Of a stretch of DNA of 64,000 bases, positions 9,621-20,796 are shown one piece after another. The stretch's first letter is position 1. Every line of letters begins with the position of its first letter. The notes under the pieces are model-generated. The model was not told the origin of the DNA, did not search any database, and saw only the letters and a program-made list of their open reading frames with translations. Source of the DNA: Candidatus Caldarchaeum sp. (GTDB taxonomy: Archaea; Thermoproteota; Nitrososphaeria_A; Caldarchaeales; Caldarchaeaceae); the NCBI GenBank assembly GCA_038885755.1, contig JAVZZH010000003.1, positions 64,001-128,000 of the forward strand. Direction: 5' to 3'. The translations under genes were made by a program, and so were the position numbers.

Positions 9621-9766
9621 GGCTTAATCCTCGACCTCTTCCAGTGCCTCCTCCGCCTAGACGTTCTTACATTCCGCCGGGTCCTGGCGACAACCCATGC
9701 AGGCGTGGCCCAAGCCCTCCTCATCTCCCTCGACAGCCGTTTCTTGACCGCCAGCGTCTTAACCAT
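9617..9766 (-). CDS. rpl39e: 50S ribosomal protein L39e
   Basis: MVKTLAVKKRL...PAWVVARTRRNVR...RRHWKRSRIK, 49 aa, starting at an internal ATG of the listed ORF. Confidence 0.92.
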   Translation of the reverse strand: MVKTLAVKKRLSREMRRAWATPAWVVARTRRNVRTSRRRRHWKRSRIKP

Positions 9767-9838
9767 GCACGCTGAACCTCTTAAGCATCTTATCAACCTA
9801 ATGCTTAAGACGTCGCTGGATGTTGTCGATGCCGCGGG

Positions 9839-10156
9839 TTGGCGTACGAAAGGCTTGTACGGAAGCTTACGCATGAAAACCTCTGGCTCTACGTCCTCAC
9901 CCTGCTGAGCAGGAAACCTCTCTACGGCTACGAGGTCCGGAGCATGGTCGAGAAGGAGTTCGGGTTCAAGCCGGGGGAGGTGACGTCTTACGTCGTGCTT
10001 TACAGGCTTGAGAGGAGCGGCCTTATCAAGGTTGTGAACATGGCCAAGGGCAGCCGGGGACCGTCTAGGAAGTACTACACCATCACGCCCAAGGGTGTCA
10101 AGACGCTCATGGAGGCGAAGAGGTTCCTCGCCGGGCTGGCGAGCCGGCTGGGATGA
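9839..10156 (+). CDS. PadR family transcriptional regulator
   Basis: KPLYGYEV...[13 protein letters not shown]...[10 protein letters not shown]. Confidence 0.9.
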   Translation: MAYERLVRKLTHENLWLYVLTLLSRKPLYGYEVRSMVEKEFGFKPGEVTSYVVLYRLERSGLIKVVNMAKGSRGPSRKYYTITPKGVKTLMEAKRFLAGLASRLG

Positions 10157-10206
10157 AGCTATTTTACAACCATAAAGTATTTAGCCATGCAAAACACTCG
10201 ATAAAC

Positions 10207-11280
10207 ATGCCCAAGGTAAAAGTAGCCATAATAGGAGTAGGCAACTGCGCCTCAGCCCTCGTCCAAGGAGTCTATTTCTACAAGGACGTGGACGACGATG
10301 CTCTTGTTCCGGGACTCATGCATACGAGGCTGGGAGGCTATCATGTAGGCGACATAGAGTTCGTAGCCGCGTTCGACGTCGACAGAAACAAGGTGGGCCT
10401 CGACCTTTCCAAGGCCATCTTCCAGAAGCCGAACTGCACGCTGAAGTTCGCCGACGTGCCGCATCTAGGTGTGGAAGTCATGCGCGGGATGACTCATGAC
10501 AGCATCGGCAAGTATTTGAAGGATGTAGTTGTAAAGCATGATTCCCCCACGGTTGACGTGGCCGATGTTCTAAAAAGCTCTGGCGCCGACGTTGTAGTGA
10601 ATTTCCTCCCCGTGGGAAGCGAGTCGGCTACGAAATGGTATGTCGAGCAGGCGTTGATGGCCGGAACAGGCTTCGTCAACGGCATCCCGGTCTTCATAGC
10701 ACGTGAGAAGAGATGGCAGGAAGTCTTCGCAAAACGCAACATCCCGCTGATAGGCGACGACGTCAAGTCCCAAGTCGGTGCGACGATACTCCACAGAGTG
10801 CTTACCAAGCTCTTCGTCGACAGAGGCGTGAAGATCGAGAGAAGTTATCAGCTGAACTTCGGCGGCAACACAGACTTCTTGAACATGCTCGAGAGGGAGA
10901 GGCTGCAGTCCAAGAAGATCTCCAAGACGCAGGCAGTCACGTCGCTCATTCCTTACGAGCTCAGCCCCGACAGAATCCACATAGGGCCGAGCGACTACGT
11001 TCCTTGGCTGGAGGACCGTAAGTGGGCCTACATACGGGTCGAGGGGTCTTCATTCGGCAACGCTCCGCTGAACGTGGAGGTCAAGCTGGAGGTCTGGGAC
11101 AGCCCCAACTCGGCTGGCGTGGTGATAGACGCCGTCAGATGCATCAAGATAGCGCGGGACAGAGGCGTTGGAGGAGTGCTTGAGGGCCCCTCTGCATACT
11201 TCATGAAATCACCGCCCAAACAATATCCAGACGACGTTGCTAGGAGTATGGTCGAGGACTTTATAGCTGGGAGGGCTTAG
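10207..11280 (+). CDS. ino1: Myo-inositol-1-phosphate synthase
   Basis: [52 protein letters not shown]. Confidence 0.95.
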   Translation: MPKVKVAIIGVGNCASALVQGVYFYKDVDDDALVPGLMHTRLGGYHVGDIEFVAAFDVDRNKVGLDLSKAIFQKPNCTLKFADVPHLGVEVMRGMTHDSIGKYLKDVVVKHDSPTVDVADVLKSSGADVVVNFLPVGSESATKWYVEQALMAGTGFVNGIPVFIAREKRWQEVFAKRNIPLIGDDVKSQVGATILHRVLTKLFVDRGVKIERSYQLNFGGNTDFLNMLERERLQSKKISKTQAVTSLIPYELSPDRIHIGPSDYVPWLEDRKWAYIRVEGSSFGNAPLNVEVKLEVWDSPNSAGVVIDAVRCIKIARDRGVGGVLEGPSAYFMKSPPKQYPDDVARSMVEDFIAGRA

Positions 11281-12377
11281 CCGGAGACGGCCTCGACATC
11301 CCGTGAGCCGAAAACCTCCCCCAGCCTCCTCAATCCATGCCTCTTGAACTCAGGCGACAGCCTAGACGCCTTCAAAGCATCGACGACCTGCTGAAACCTC
11401 CACAGGAAATGGTCTTCGCTGTACCTCTTCACAGCCTCAAGAGGCTCGAGAGCCGGGTCGGTGAGGCTCGGCATGATGCCGTACTGGACGTAGACGCTGA
11501 ACGCCAGCAGCCTAATAATCCCCCTCCCAACCTTTTTAACGGCCAGCAACTGCTCATAATCCTTCGGAGTGTTATTCTCCAGTTCGTGCAGAACGGACCA
11601 GTTTATCTTCTCGCTGGGCCGTAGAAAATCAGCCACCTGCTTCCCTTCATCGCTCAGAGTCGTCTGGTTAGACAACCTGCCGAAAGCGTACAACCTCTGC
11701 AGCTTCGAAACACTCTGGGACAAGACCTCGAGAGACGCCCTCCTCGAGCTTCTGCTCGCTTCAGCGGTCATGTCCAAGACCCTTGGCCTTTTCTCGGCGG
11801 AGATGATCCCGGTGTGAGGCTCCTCGACGAAGCTCCGCAGATATCCCGAGAACCAGTGATAACGCCTAACCGACTGTGAGTAGGGGTTGAGGCTCTGCTG
11901 GATGACGGACCACATCCCGCTGTGGGAGAGGACCATCATGTGGAAGTAGAGGTCGTAGCCGTCCTGAAGAGCTACGCTGTCCGTTTTAGCCACCATCCTG
12001 CTGCAGTACAGCAGGTGCTCCACCTGTCTCTCCGTGAAGCCGAACAGTTCGCCGACCTGCGGCAGCTCTTGGGGGATTTTGAAACGGTTTGCGAACCGAC
12101 CGCCCAGAGCAACCACCCCGTTCCTGACATTCAAGCACTCCTTCAAAATGGACCCCATCACGAGGGTCGAGTCGCCCCACGTCTCGTCAAGGTCGCTGAC
12201 AACTATTATGAAGTCTGTGAAGAAGGGCTCGGCGAACCCCTCGACCAGTTCATCGGGACCGTGAAGGCTGATGAATGAGTGGACGACCTCGCTGAGCAGC
12301 TGCCTCGACCTGTTGTAGTTGAAGCGGGCGGTTTTACCACCCCATCCACGAAGGTCTTTTACGCCTCCACGATACAT
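11277..12377 (-). CDS. DUF763-family protein
   Basis: [38 protein letters not shown] motifs of DUF763; start set at MYRGG. Confidence 0.8.
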   Translation of the reverse strand: MYRGGVKDLRGWGGKTARFNYNRSRQLLSEVVHSFISLHGPDELVEGFAEPFFTDFIIVVSDLDETWGDSTLVMGSILKECLNVRNGVVALGGRFANRFKIPQELPQVGELFGFTERQVEHLLYCSRMVAKTDSVALQDGYDLYFHMMVLSHSGMWSVIQQSLNPYSQSVRRYHWFSGYLRSFVEEPHTGIISAEKRPRVLDMTAEASRSSRRASLEVLSQSVSKLQRLYAFGRLSNQTTLSDEGKQVADFLRPSEKINWSVLHELENNTPKDYEQLLAVKKVGRGIIRLLAFSVYVQYGIMPSLTDPALEPLEAVKRYSEDHFLWRFQQVVDALKASRLSPEFKRHGLRRLGEVFGSRDVEAVSG

Positions 12378-12455
12378 AACTGTATGAGGCTTTTCACGCC
12401 TGCTTTTATTATTGTTTATCTCGTGAACTAAACACAATACCACAGACTTCTGTAC

Positions 12456-12656
12456 TTAATACGCTCGCCTTCTCTGAAAAACCTTGAAAACGAACACGGC
12501 GACAGAAAGAAGAAGTGGCAGGTAAATTGAGAAGAATGAAAAAACGGGTGTCAGCTGGAAGCCCGCCAGCTGCAGGGCCGAGGAGAAGGCGGCGACGGCC
12601 GCCAGAAGAATGGACGCATCCCTCCACGCCCTCGTGTCGTCGCTCAGCCCAATCAC
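12456..12656 (-). CDS. Small two-TM hypothetical membrane protein
   Basis: Hydrophobic 66 aa ORF overlapping the rpo6 stop, same strand. Confidence 0.55.
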   Translation of the reverse strand: MIGLSDDTRAWRDASILLAAVAAFSSALQLAGFQLTPVFSFFSIYLPLLLSVAVFVFKVFQRRRAY

Positions 12657-12913
12657 CTGCTTTCCCTGACCAGGTCTCTCAGCGGGATGTCGACGTAGCT
12701 CCCGTCAGACCGCTTCCTTCTTATGATGATGGGCAGGACGCCGCGTTCAAACTCTCTCCGCGCTATGTCTATGTGTGTGTCCCCGGGCCTTACCTCGACC
12801 AAAGGGAAAGCACCTAGGGAAATTTGGAGGGCCCGTCCGCCGATAATCCTTGCTTTCTCGTATTTTGTAAGGCGGTTGGGGGCGGGCTTGAATTCAGTCT
12901 TCTGACTCGCCAA
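12653..12913 (-). CDS. rpoK: DNA-directed RNA polymerase subunit K (Rpo6)
   Basis: [21 protein letters not shown]...[17 protein letters not shown]. Confidence 0.95.
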   Translation of the reverse strand: MASQKTEFKPAPNRLTKYEKARIIGGRALQISLGAFPLVEVRPGDTHIDIARREFERGVLPIIIRRKRSDGSYVDIPLRDLVRESR

Positions 12914-14552
12914 CTCCGCCTTCTTCCTTTCCTTCTCCCTTCTTGCTCGGTGAAGGGGTCTCCAACCTTGACGCAGCTATGATGTCGTCGATCTTCAACA
13001 CCATGGCCGCAGCTTCGACGGCAGACTTGATAGTCTGCTTCTTCACCAGCAGCGGGTCTATAACCTCGAGCTTCTGCATGTCCGCTATCTCGCCTTTGAA
13101 GACGTTTATGCCGTACGTCAGACCGCCCTCCTTGTGCTTAGACGTAAGGCTGACGATGGCCTCGATCGGGTCCATGCCGCTGCTTTCAGCCAGCTGCGAC
13201 GGAATAGCCTCAAGTGCTTCGGCGAACTTGTTCACAGCCAGCTGCTCCTTCCCCGGAAGAGTTTTTGCATAATCCCTCAGCCTGAGCGCTGTCTCGATCT
13301 CACCCGCTCCGCCGCCTGCGATTACCTTCCCCTCAACGATAACGTCCTTGACAACGTTGATGGCGTCCTTCAACGACCTCTCAGCCTCGTCGACAATCCT
13401 CTGAGTGCCGCCTCGTATGAGGATGGTTAAGGACCTTGGGTTGTCGCAGCCCTCCACGAACACCATCTTGTCCTCCCCCACACGCCTCTCCTCGACCAAG
13501 GCAGCCTTGCCAAGGTCAGCAGGCGTTAGGTCGTCGATCCGTGATATTACACGGCCGTTCGTGGCTTTAGCCAGCTTGTCCATGTCGCTCTTCTTTATCC
13601 GCCTTACAGCCATTATGCCTTTCTTGGCTAGGAAGTACTGGGCGAGGTCGTCTATGCCCTTCTGGCAGAGGACGACGTTCGCGCCTGTGGAGGCTATCTT
13701 CTCAACCATCTGCTTCAGCATGTCCTCCTCCTGCTTCATGAAAGCCCTCATCTGCTCCGGCGACTCGATGTTCAGCTTGGCGTCAAACTCCGTCTTCTCA
13801 ATCTCCAGCGCCGCATCGAGTAGAGCGATCTTCGCGTTCCTGACGAGCTTAGGCATGTCTGCGTGGACAACCTCCTTGTCGAGGACGATTCCCTCAACCA
13901 GCGACGTATCCCTCAGCGACTGACCCTCCTTCTTCTCCAGCTTGACGTCGTCCAAGTCAACTTTCCACTTATCACCGACTTTCTCAGCCACCCGTGTCAC
14001 GGCCTCGACCACTACGTCGGCCAAGTAGTCCGCCTCCTCGCTCACAAGCTTGCTTATCATGGCTGTCTTGGCGACTTTCTTCAGCAACGCCTTGTCAGTC
14101 GGGCTGGCCTTTATGCCGATCTCGTCGAGAATCTCCAGAGCTTTGACAGCCGCCTTCCTGTATCCCTCGATGACTATCGTCGGATGGACTTCTTTCTCGA
14201 TGAGCTCCTCGGCCTTGGCCAGCAGCTCGCCGGCTAGGACAACAGTTGACGTCGTCCCGTCTCCCACCTCCTCGTCCTGAGCCTTCGAAACCTCCACCAG
14301 CATCTTGGCCACAGGATGCTCGACGTCCATCTCCTTCAGGATAGTGGCTCCGTCGTTGGTGATGACTATGTCGCCGAAGCTGTCGACCAGCATCTTGTCC
14401 ATCCCCCTCGGGCCGAGCGAAGACTTCATGGTCTCGGCGATGATCTTCGCCACCATGATGTTGGCGCTCTGCACCTCCCTTCCACGCATCCTCTTCGCTC
14501 CTTCCTTCAAAATTATAACAGGCTGCGTAGGCGTACCTACTGTTGCTGCCAT
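12894..14552 (-). CDS. ths: Thermosome subunit (group II chaperonin)
   Basis: [33 protein letters not shown]. Confidence 0.97.
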   Translation of the reverse strand: MAATVGTPTQPVIILKEGAKRMRGREVQSANIMVAKIIAETMKSSLGPRGMDKMLVDSFGDIVITNDGATILKEMDVEHPVAKMLVEVSKAQDEEVGDGTTSTVVLAGELLAKAEELIEKEVHPTIVIEGYRKAAVKALEILDEIGIKASPTDKALLKKVAKTAMISKLVSEEADYLADVVVEAVTRVAEKVGDKWKVDLDDVKLEKKEGQSLRDTSLVEGIVLDKEVVHADMPKLVRNAKIALLDAALEIEKTEFDAKLNIESPEQMRAFMKQEEDMLKQMVEKIASTGANVVLCQKGIDDLAQYFLAKKGIMAVRRIKKSDMDKLAKATNGRVISRIDDLTPADLGKAALVEERRVGEDKMVFVEGCDNPRSLTILIRGGTQRIVDEAERSLKDAINVVKDVIVEGKVIAGGGAGEIETALRLRDYAKTLPGKEQLAVNKFAEALEAIPSQLAESSGMDPIEAIVSLTSKHKEGGLTYGINVFKGEIADMQKLEVIDPLLVKKQTIKSAVEAAAMVLKIDDIIAASRLETPSPSKKGEGKEEGGVGESED

Positions 14553-14659
14553 ACTACATCACTCCTAGCTATGGACGGGTTAAGGCTTTTTATAGACCTT
14601 TCTCACCCATGGCTTGGGCCAAGCTTTAATACAGCTGGAGGTATTACGGTAAGCTTGGT

Positions 14660-14803
14660 ATGAAGCTGATATCGGTCAAAATGCCTGAGGCTTTGATAGA
14701 CGGGATGGACGAGCTCATCAAGAAAGGAGTTTACCCGAGCCGGAGCGCTCTCATGAGGACCGCTGTCAGAGACCTGCTGCGGAAGGAGCTGTGGAAGGCT
14801 TAG
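14660..14803 (+). CDS. Ribbon-helix-helix (CopG-like) regulator, 47 aa
   Basis: Manual translation MKLISVKMPEALIDGMDELIKKGVYPSRSALMRTAVRDLLRKELWKA; below the ORF-track length cutoff. Confidence 0.88.
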   Translation: MKLISVKMPEALIDGMDELIKKGVYPSRSALMRTAVRDLLRKELWKA

Positions 14804-15495
14804 AGCCTGAACGGGAAGCTTTCGACGAAGACGAGACGGCCGTAGACGTAGCGTGCGTCGGAGACGGAGTCTGTGAAGTGGATGGAGCCGCCGCCTGAGA
14901 CAGGTTTGTAGGCTATGAAGGGGGCTGTGGGCTTGGCCTCAAGCTCTGTGAAGTAGACTAGAGGGAGGGCAGCCGAGTCGTAGTACTCGAACAGAGGATA
15001 TATGACGCCGGCCAAGTATCGACCGCCCTTTTTGAAGCACCAGAGAGGCGGGTTTGAGGCTTCGTCCGTCATGGCTGAGACAAGCCGCATCAGCGAGTCG
15101 AGGGATTTCACGTGGACGGATTCGAGTCCGGGAATTTTTCTCGCAACCGTGGTTGTTAAAGCTTTCCCGACAAGCTCCGGCACAGGCTCCACCTCCACGA
15201 CCGGGAAGGATACAAACCTCCCTGTTTCGGGGATGTCTGAGAAACGGGCCATCTCATGCTCTAGAGGCGTGTATACGACGTACTGCAGGGGCTTTGCCGC
15301 CGTTTCGACGTAAACCAGCAGAGGTATGCTGTATTTTCTGAAGGGTAGGGTGAAGAGGTGGGCTAAGACGTGCTTCGAGCCTATCTTGAAGTAGTGCAGT
15401 GGAGGGATGTAGTCCGCCCGTGAGGCTACGACCCGCACGAGGCTGGGCAGGTCCTCGACCTTCATCGGAACCGGGGCCTTGTCTCGCCTGCTCAT
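14800..15495 (-). CDS. Conserved archaeal hypothetical protein with an internal two-fold repeat (cren-protein-like)
   Basis: Repeats KVEDLPSLVRVV..PPLHYFK..PLLVY and HVKSLDSLMRLV..PPLWCFK..PLVYF. Confidence 0.6.
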   Translation of the reverse strand: MSRRDKAPVPMKVEDLPSLVRVVASRADYIPPLHYFKIGSKHVLAHLFTLPFRKYSIPLLVYVETAAKPLQYVVYTPLEHEMARFSDIPETGRFVSFPVVEVEPVPELVGKALTTTVARKIPGLESVHVKSLDSLMRLVSAMTDEASNPPLWCFKKGGRYLAGVIYPLFEYYDSAALPLVYFTELEAKPTAPFIAYKPVSGGGSIHFTDSVSDARYVYGRLVFVESFPFRL

Positions 15496-15569
15496 TACCT
15501 GGTCTGACGCCGTCTACTACCTTCAGCCCGCTAGGTTAAAAACCTGCGCCAAATCATCTACACGCTTCT

Positions 15570-16397
15570 TCAAGGCTCGGTGTGGGCTCTAGGGTAGGAG
15601 CCTAAAACCTTGACAAAGGTCGTGAGAGACGCGAGCTCCACCAACGCTCTCCTGACCTTATCATCCTCCTGATGCCCCTCAAAATCCACGAAGAAGTAAT
15701 ACTCCCAAGGCCTCTGCCTAGTAGGCCTGGATTCTATCTTCGTCAGGTTGATGTTGTTTCGGGCGAAGGCGCCTAGGGCGTTGTAGAGTGCGCCGGGTTT
15801 GTGCGTGGTCGAGAATATTATCGACGTCTTACTGTCGGGCTGACTAGGGGCGTCCTTCGTCGAAACCACTAGAAACCTTGTGTAGTTGTGGCCATAGTCC
15901 TCTATTCCTCTGGCCAGAACTTTCAAGCCGTAAAGCTTCGCAGCCCGTTCGCTAGCCACCGCAGCAGCCTCCCTCAACCCCTTCTCCCCAATCATCTTTA
16001 CGCTTCCGGCTGTGTCGTACGTGACCACGGTCTCGGCGCCCAGCGAGGTGAGGAAACCACGGCACTGGGCGAGGGCTTGTGGATGAGAATAGACGACCCT
16101 GACCTCGTTGAGGCTCGTTTCAGGCAGAGCTATCAGGCAGTGTCTTATCCTGAGGATTATCTCTCCGACGACTTTGACGCTGGAGTTGAGGAACATGTCG
16201 TAGGTCTCTGCCACGCTGCCCTCGATGCTGTTCTCAACCGGCACCACACCGTAGTCGACCACACGCGCCTCAGTATACTTGAAGACGTCTCGGATGGTTT
16301 TGCATGGAACTGTCTCGACCTCCTCCCCGAAGAAAGACACTATCGCCTCCTCGCTGTAAGCTCCACGCTCGCCCTGGAATGCCACCGATGTCTTCAC
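15570..16397 (-). CDS. pheA: Prephenate dehydratase
   Basis: AFQGERGAYSE, VPVENSIEG, YSHPQALAQC, NYTRF, ACT domain NLTKIESRP. Confidence 0.95.
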   Translation of the reverse strand: MKTSVAFQGERGAYSEEAIVSFFGEEVETVPCKTIRDVFKYTEARVVDYGVVPVENSIEGSVAETYDMFLNSSVKVVGEIILRIRHCLIALPETSLNEVRVVYSHPQALAQCRGFLTSLGAETVVTYDTAGSVKMIGEKGLREAAAVASERAAKLYGLKVLARGIEDYGHNYTRFLVVSTKDAPSQPDSKTSIIFSTTHKPGALYNALGAFARNNINLTKIESRPTRQRPWEYYFFVDFEGHQEDDKVRRALVELASLTTFVKVLGSYPRAHTEP

Positions 16398-16438
16398 ACG
16401 CTGTTCGACGGTTTTAAGCGTCGTACGTATTTAAATTA

Positions 16439-16720
16439 ATGCAAGCCATGCTTAAATACCCTCATGCTGATCTTCGTGCTGTGAGGCCGCAGCGGGCGGC
16501 TGGGAAGCTGGGCGGCGACATCAAGCAGTGTCTCGAGGTTCAGATAGGTAAAACGGGTGAAATAAACACGGAGTACGGAGGCTTTGAGATCACGGTCAAC
16601 GAGCCCGCTTACTTTCCGTGGCATGACTGTCTGGCTACTCTTTTGAACCACGGGTATGGGGTGTGGGTTTCGAAGAAGAAGGACAGGATTGTTATAATAG
16701 CCAAGCCTGAGGAGGACTAA
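16439..16720 (+). CDS. Hypothetical protein (start uncertain)
   Basis: Fills the gap between pheA and the transporter; protein-like composition (GFEITVNEP..FPW). Confidence 0.55.
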   Translation: MQAMLKYPHADLRAVRPQRAAGKLGGDIKQCLEVQIGKTGEINTEYGGFEITVNEPAYFPWHDCLATLLNHGYGVWVSKKKDRIVIIAKPEED

Positions 16721-18090
16721 ACCATCAGCGGGACCTGCAGTAGCAGTAGAAGTAAGGCGATGAGAACTGTTGGGAACGTTGTGGCGGAGCCGGCCAAAAT
16801 CCACTGCCTGAGCGTCATGTGTATGCGTTTACGTCTCTCAAGCAGGCCTACAGCAACTATGTTTGCTGTGCTGCCTATGATGGTTAAGTTGCCCCAGAAG
16901 GTTCCTGCGAACAGCATGGTCCACCAGAGCGGGAAGGCGTTTATTCCGAATTCTCCAAGTGTTTTGATTACAGGTATCCATGTAGCTACGGCCAGCACGT
17001 TGTCCATGAAGGCGGACATCAGCCCCGCGAGAACAGTTAGCAGCAGCATGATTACCGGGATATCCACCCCCACCTCCAGAATCATCCCAGCGAAAACCTT
17101 CGTTGCCCCGGTGTGAACGAGTGTCCCGACGCTTGCGAAGAAGGTCATGAAGAAAAGCAGCGTCCACCAGTCTATCCTCCTCTCGACAAGCTCTCTCGCT
17201 CTATCCCGTTCGAGTAGGAGCACGAATCCGGCGAAGAACAGCGGGACTCCGAGGAGCATGACGTTTTTCTCCAGCCCCAACAACTTCTCCATCTCGGCGT
17301 GCAGAACGAGGGCAGCTATCATCAACAGGAAGACGACGGCGGGCAGTCTTACGTCGGGCTTGTCATCCGCCTCAACGAGAACAACCTGCCTGCTTTCCGC
17401 CTTCATGGCAGCGCCCAACTGTGAAATATCTTGCCGGAATAAGTAGAGGTTAATGGCGATGCACAGAAGCAGAGCAATTGCGGAGATTGGTGTGCTCCAC
17501 CTCAGGAAGTCTAGAAAACCTAGGTCGGCCTGAAACGCTATCAATATTCCCACGGGGTTTCCGATGACTGTTGAGGCGCTTCCGATGTTTGTGGCGAATA
17601 TAGACATCATGATGAAGTTGACTGGGTTGAGGTTATACCTCGTGGTGAAGTCCAGCAGTATGGCCACCATGATTAGTATCGAGGTGACTTCATCCACCAA
17701 TGCGGCTAAGACACCCGACATGACCGTGAAGAAGAAGACAAGGACCCTAGGCCTGTTTCCCAATACAGGCAGCAGTTTATCGATCGTGAATTCGAAGAAC
17801 CGTGCGTCCTCAAGGTATCCAACAACGATCATCATGGATGCTAGGAACAGTATGGTGTCCAGATGCGCGTATTCGATGAGTAGCCCGACATCGATGAGGT
17901 TGGCTGCCAGCATGAAGGTTAGCGCGAAGAAGGCGAAAACAAGCCTAAACCTCCAGAACATCAAGGTGGCTCCAATCAACCCACCTAGAACAATCAGAGA
18001 GAGTGTTTGAGCCGTGTTGAGCTTAAGCATGATGGAGAGGACGTATACGCCGGCCAGAACTAGGACGTATCTTATTACTTTGTTCAACAA
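16717..18090 (-). CDS. ArsB/NhaD (ion transporter superfamily) permease
   Basis: Many TM segments; ALVDEVT, TNIGSASTVIGNP, SAFMDNV, GNLTIIGSTANIV. Confidence 0.88.
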   Translation of the reverse strand: MLNKVIRYVLVLAGVYVLSIMLKLNTAQTLSLIVLGGLIGATLMFWRFRLVFAFFALTFMLAANLIDVGLLIEYAHLDTILFLASMMIVVGYLEDARFFEFTIDKLLPVLGNRPRVLVFFFTVMSGVLAALVDEVTSILIMVAILLDFTTRYNLNPVNFIMMSIFATNIGSASTVIGNPVGILIAFQADLGFLDFLRWSTPISAIALLLCIAINLYLFRQDISQLGAAMKAESRQVVLVEADDKPDVRLPAVVFLLMIAALVLHAEMEKLLGLEKNVMLLGVPLFFAGFVLLLERDRARELVERRIDWWTLLFFMTFFASVGTLVHTGATKVFAGMILEVGVDIPVIMLLLTVLAGLMSAFMDNVLAVATWIPVIKTLGEFGINAFPLWWTMLFAGTFWGNLTIIGSTANIVAVGLLERRKRIHMTLRQWILAGSATTFPTVLIALLLLLLQVPLMV

Positions 18091-18127
18091 CTGCGTAGCA
18101 ACTGGTGGTTTGGAGGATTTATTTTTT

Positions 18128-18409
18128 CTATGCGTGAGAGGAACGTATTGTTTCGAGGATGCTTATCGCCATCCAGAGCTGGGTTCTCGTGAAGGACGGC
18201 ATGTTGGGGTCGTTGATTATCTCCTCGATAAGCTCGATTGAGTTGGCCGCTCTAACAGCCGGGTTGTATTTTTCGTTGAAAAGCTCGTCGGAAGCCTGTT
18301 TAGCTATCCTTCTTATGTTCCGAGGGGTCTCAGTGTCGTTTATTATGGTCTCCAGCAGCTGGACTACCTGCTGGCGTTTTTCCTCCCACTCTTGGCCGGG
18401 CAGCGGCAA
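18128..18409 (-). CDS. UPF0147 family protein
   Basis: IINDTETPRNIRR...AVRAAN...DPNMPSFTRT..W. Confidence 0.88.
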   Translation of the reverse strand: MPLPGQEWEEKRQQVVQLLETIINDTETPRNIRRIAKQASDELFNEKYNPAVRAANSIELIEEIINDPNMPSFTRTQLWMAISILETIRSSHA

Positions 18410-18469
18410 AGCCGAAGCACCTCGTCAAAACGCTGTCCATACAGTCGAATAACGTGCTTAAAACCCTTT

Positions 18470-20137
18470 TCAGCTGCAGACGGCGCCTTTGCTCGCCGAC
18501 CCGACCAGCTTGGCGTACTTCGCCAAGACGCCTGAGGAGTAGCGGGGCTTGGGAGGAGTCCACGCCTGCAGTCGTTTCGCGATCTCGGCTTCGTCAAGCT
18601 CTACGTCGAGCCTGCGCCGGGGTACGTCGATGACGATGGTGTCGCCGTTTCGGACAGCAGCCAGAGGCCCGCCCACCGCTGCCTCCGGCGAGACGTGGCC
18701 AACCATGAGGCCGTGGGTCGCTCCTGAGAACCTTCCGTCGGTTATCAACGCTACCTTCTCCTTCAACCCCTGTCCTACCACGAGCGCCGTGACGGCCAGC
18801 ATCTCTCTCATCCCCGGCCCTCCCTTGGGGCCTTCGTACCTTATGACGACGACGTCGCCCGCGACTATCTCACGGCGCAGGAGCGCTCTGTAAGCCTCTT
18901 CCTCGGAGTCGTAGACTTTCGCAGGCCCTCTGAAAGTCTCAACTGTGGATGCTGTGGACTTTACCACCGCTCCCTCGGGCGCTAGGTTGCCTTTCAGGAT
19001 GGCTATGCCGCCAGTTGGATGTATTGGGTTGGTGATGGGTCTCACAACCTCTCCGCCTTCCCCGGGCTTGAACTCCCGCAGGTTCTCGGCGAGAGTTTTA
19101 CCCGTGACCGTCAGGGTGTCGCCGTGGAGCAGGCCTGCATCGAGAAGCTTCTTCAAGACAACGGGGACGCCGCCCACCCTGTCCAAGTCAACCATCACGA
19201 AACGGCCGCCCGGCCTCATGTCGGCGATGTGTGGAGTTCTCCGGCTTATCCTGTCGAAGACCTCGATGTCGAATTTTACACCCGCCTCGTGGGCGATGGC
19301 TGGCAGGTGAAGGACTGCGTTGGTCGAGCCGCCCATGGCGCTGACAACGGTCGCAGCGTTCTCGAAAGCCTCGTAGGTTAGTATGTCCCGTGGCTTTATG
19401 CCGTTCTCCAGAAGCTTCATCACTTGGACGCCCGACCTGTAAGCCGCGTCGTAAATGCGCTGGTCCACTGCTGGAATGGATGCCGTGCCCGGGAGGGACA
19501 TTCCCATGGCCTCTATTGCCGATGCCATGGTGTTGGCTGTGTACAGGCCTGCGCACGAGCCCTCAGTCGGGCATGCAACCTTCTCCAGCTCGATGAGCTG
19601 CTGGAGCGTCATCTGGCCAGTGCTGTAAGCGCCCACAGCCTCGTAGACATCCTGTATCGTGACATCCCTGCCCATGTACTTGCCGGGGAGGATTGTGCCG
19701 CCGTACAGGAAGACCGAGGGAATGTTGAGCCTTGCCATGGCCATCACGGTTCCTGGAAGGCTTTTGTCGCAGCCCGCTATGCCGACCAAGCCGTCAAACC
19801 TCTGGGCGAAGCACGTCAATTCGATAGAGTCGGCTATGACCTCCCTGCTCACCAGCGAAGCTTTCATCCCCTCCGTGTTCATCGAGATTCCATCGCTTAC
19901 TGCGATGGTGGTGAACTGGATGCCGACGCCCATGCTGTCCCGCACACCGTCCTTCGCCCTCTCAGCCAAACCGTTGAGGTGAAGGTTGCAAGGAGTCACC
20001 TCGTTGCCCGTGCTCGCCACGCCTATGAACGGCTTGGCGAAATCCTCATCCCTCAACCCCACAGCCCTGAGCATAGACCTGTGAGGCGCTCTCTCAGGGC
20101 CCTCGGTAACATCCTTGCTGAAAATCTTACCTGCCAT
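18470..20137 (-). CDS. ilvD: Dihydroxy-acid dehydratase
   Basis: [48 protein letters not shown]. Confidence 0.97.
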   Translation of the reverse strand: MAGKIFSKDVTEGPERAPHRSMLRAVGLRDEDFAKPFIGVASTGNEVTPCNLHLNGLAERAKDGVRDSMGVGIQFTTIAVSDGISMNTEGMKASLVSREVIADSIELTCFAQRFDGLVGIAGCDKSLPGTVMAMARLNIPSVFLYGGTILPGKYMGRDVTIQDVYEAVGAYSTGQMTLQQLIELEKVACPTEGSCAGLYTANTMASAIEAMGMSLPGTASIPAVDQRIYDAAYRSGVQVMKLLENGIKPRDILTYEAFENAATVVSAMGGSTNAVLHLPAIAHEAGVKFDIEVFDRISRRTPHIADMRPGGRFVMVDLDRVGGVPVVLKKLLDAGLLHGDTLTVTGKTLAENLREFKPGEGGEVVRPITNPIHPTGGIAILKGNLAPEGAVVKSTASTVETFRGPAKVYDSEEEAYRALLRREIVAGDVVVIRYEGPKGGPGMREMLAVTALVVGQGLKEKVALITDGRFSGATHGLMVGHVSPEAAVGGPLAAVRNGDTIVIDVPRRRLDVELDEAEIAKRLQAWTPPKPRYSSGVLAKYAKLVGSASKGAVCS

Positions 20138-20190
20138 GAGGCTTTAGCCACGAATCCGGATTTAAATCTTCCTCGGCGTGAATAAGCCTG

Positions 20191-20796
20191 TTGAGGAGAG
20201 GGCTTTATGTTGCGGTTGAGGGAATAGACGGGGCGGGTAAGACGACTCATGCACGGCTTCTCGCAGACAGGCTGAGGAAGGAAGGCTTCAGGGTTGTGAT
20301 GGTTCACGAGCCGTCAGAGAGCGAGGTCGGAAGGGTTTTGAGGAAGGCTTTGAGGACCAAGCGCCTGCCCGAGGATGCTCTGGCTCTCCTGTTTGCAGCC
20401 GACAGGCTGGTTCTCAGGGAAGTGGTGGTTGATGCTTTGGCGAAGGGCTGCGTAGTTGTGTCGGACAGGAGCGTTCTCTCCTCGCTTGCCTACCAAACCG
20501 CTGCGACGGGAAAGAGGAAATGGGTGGAGGAGGTCAACCGGTATGCTCTGAAGCCCGACGTTGTTGTTTTCATCGACATCCCGCCTGAGAAAGCCCTTAG
20601 AAGGCTTGGGAGGTCTCGTCAGAGGTATGAGACGGCTGCATTCCTCAGAAAAGTCCGGAGAGAGTATCTAAGGACCCTGCGAAGGTTCCGCAGGGTTGTC
20701 GCAGTCAGCGACGACAAGCCGGTTGACGAGGTTAGCCGTGAGGTATACGAAGGGGTTAAGCCTTTTTTGAGAAGACTTCATCGGCGGCGGCCCTGA
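20191..20796 (+). CDS. tmk: Thymidylate kinase
   Basis: EGIDGAGKTT, LLFAADR, VSDRS..SSLAYQ. Confidence 0.93.
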   Translation: MRRGLYVAVEGIDGAGKTTHARLLADRLRKEGFRVVMVHEPSESEVGRVLRKALRTKRLPEDALALLFAADRLVLREVVVDALAKGCVVVSDRSVLSSLAYQTAATGKRKWVEEVNRYALKPDVVVFIDIPPEKALRRLGRSRQRYETAAFLRKVRREYLRTLRRFRRVVAVSDDKPVDEVSREVYEGVKPFLRRLHRRRP

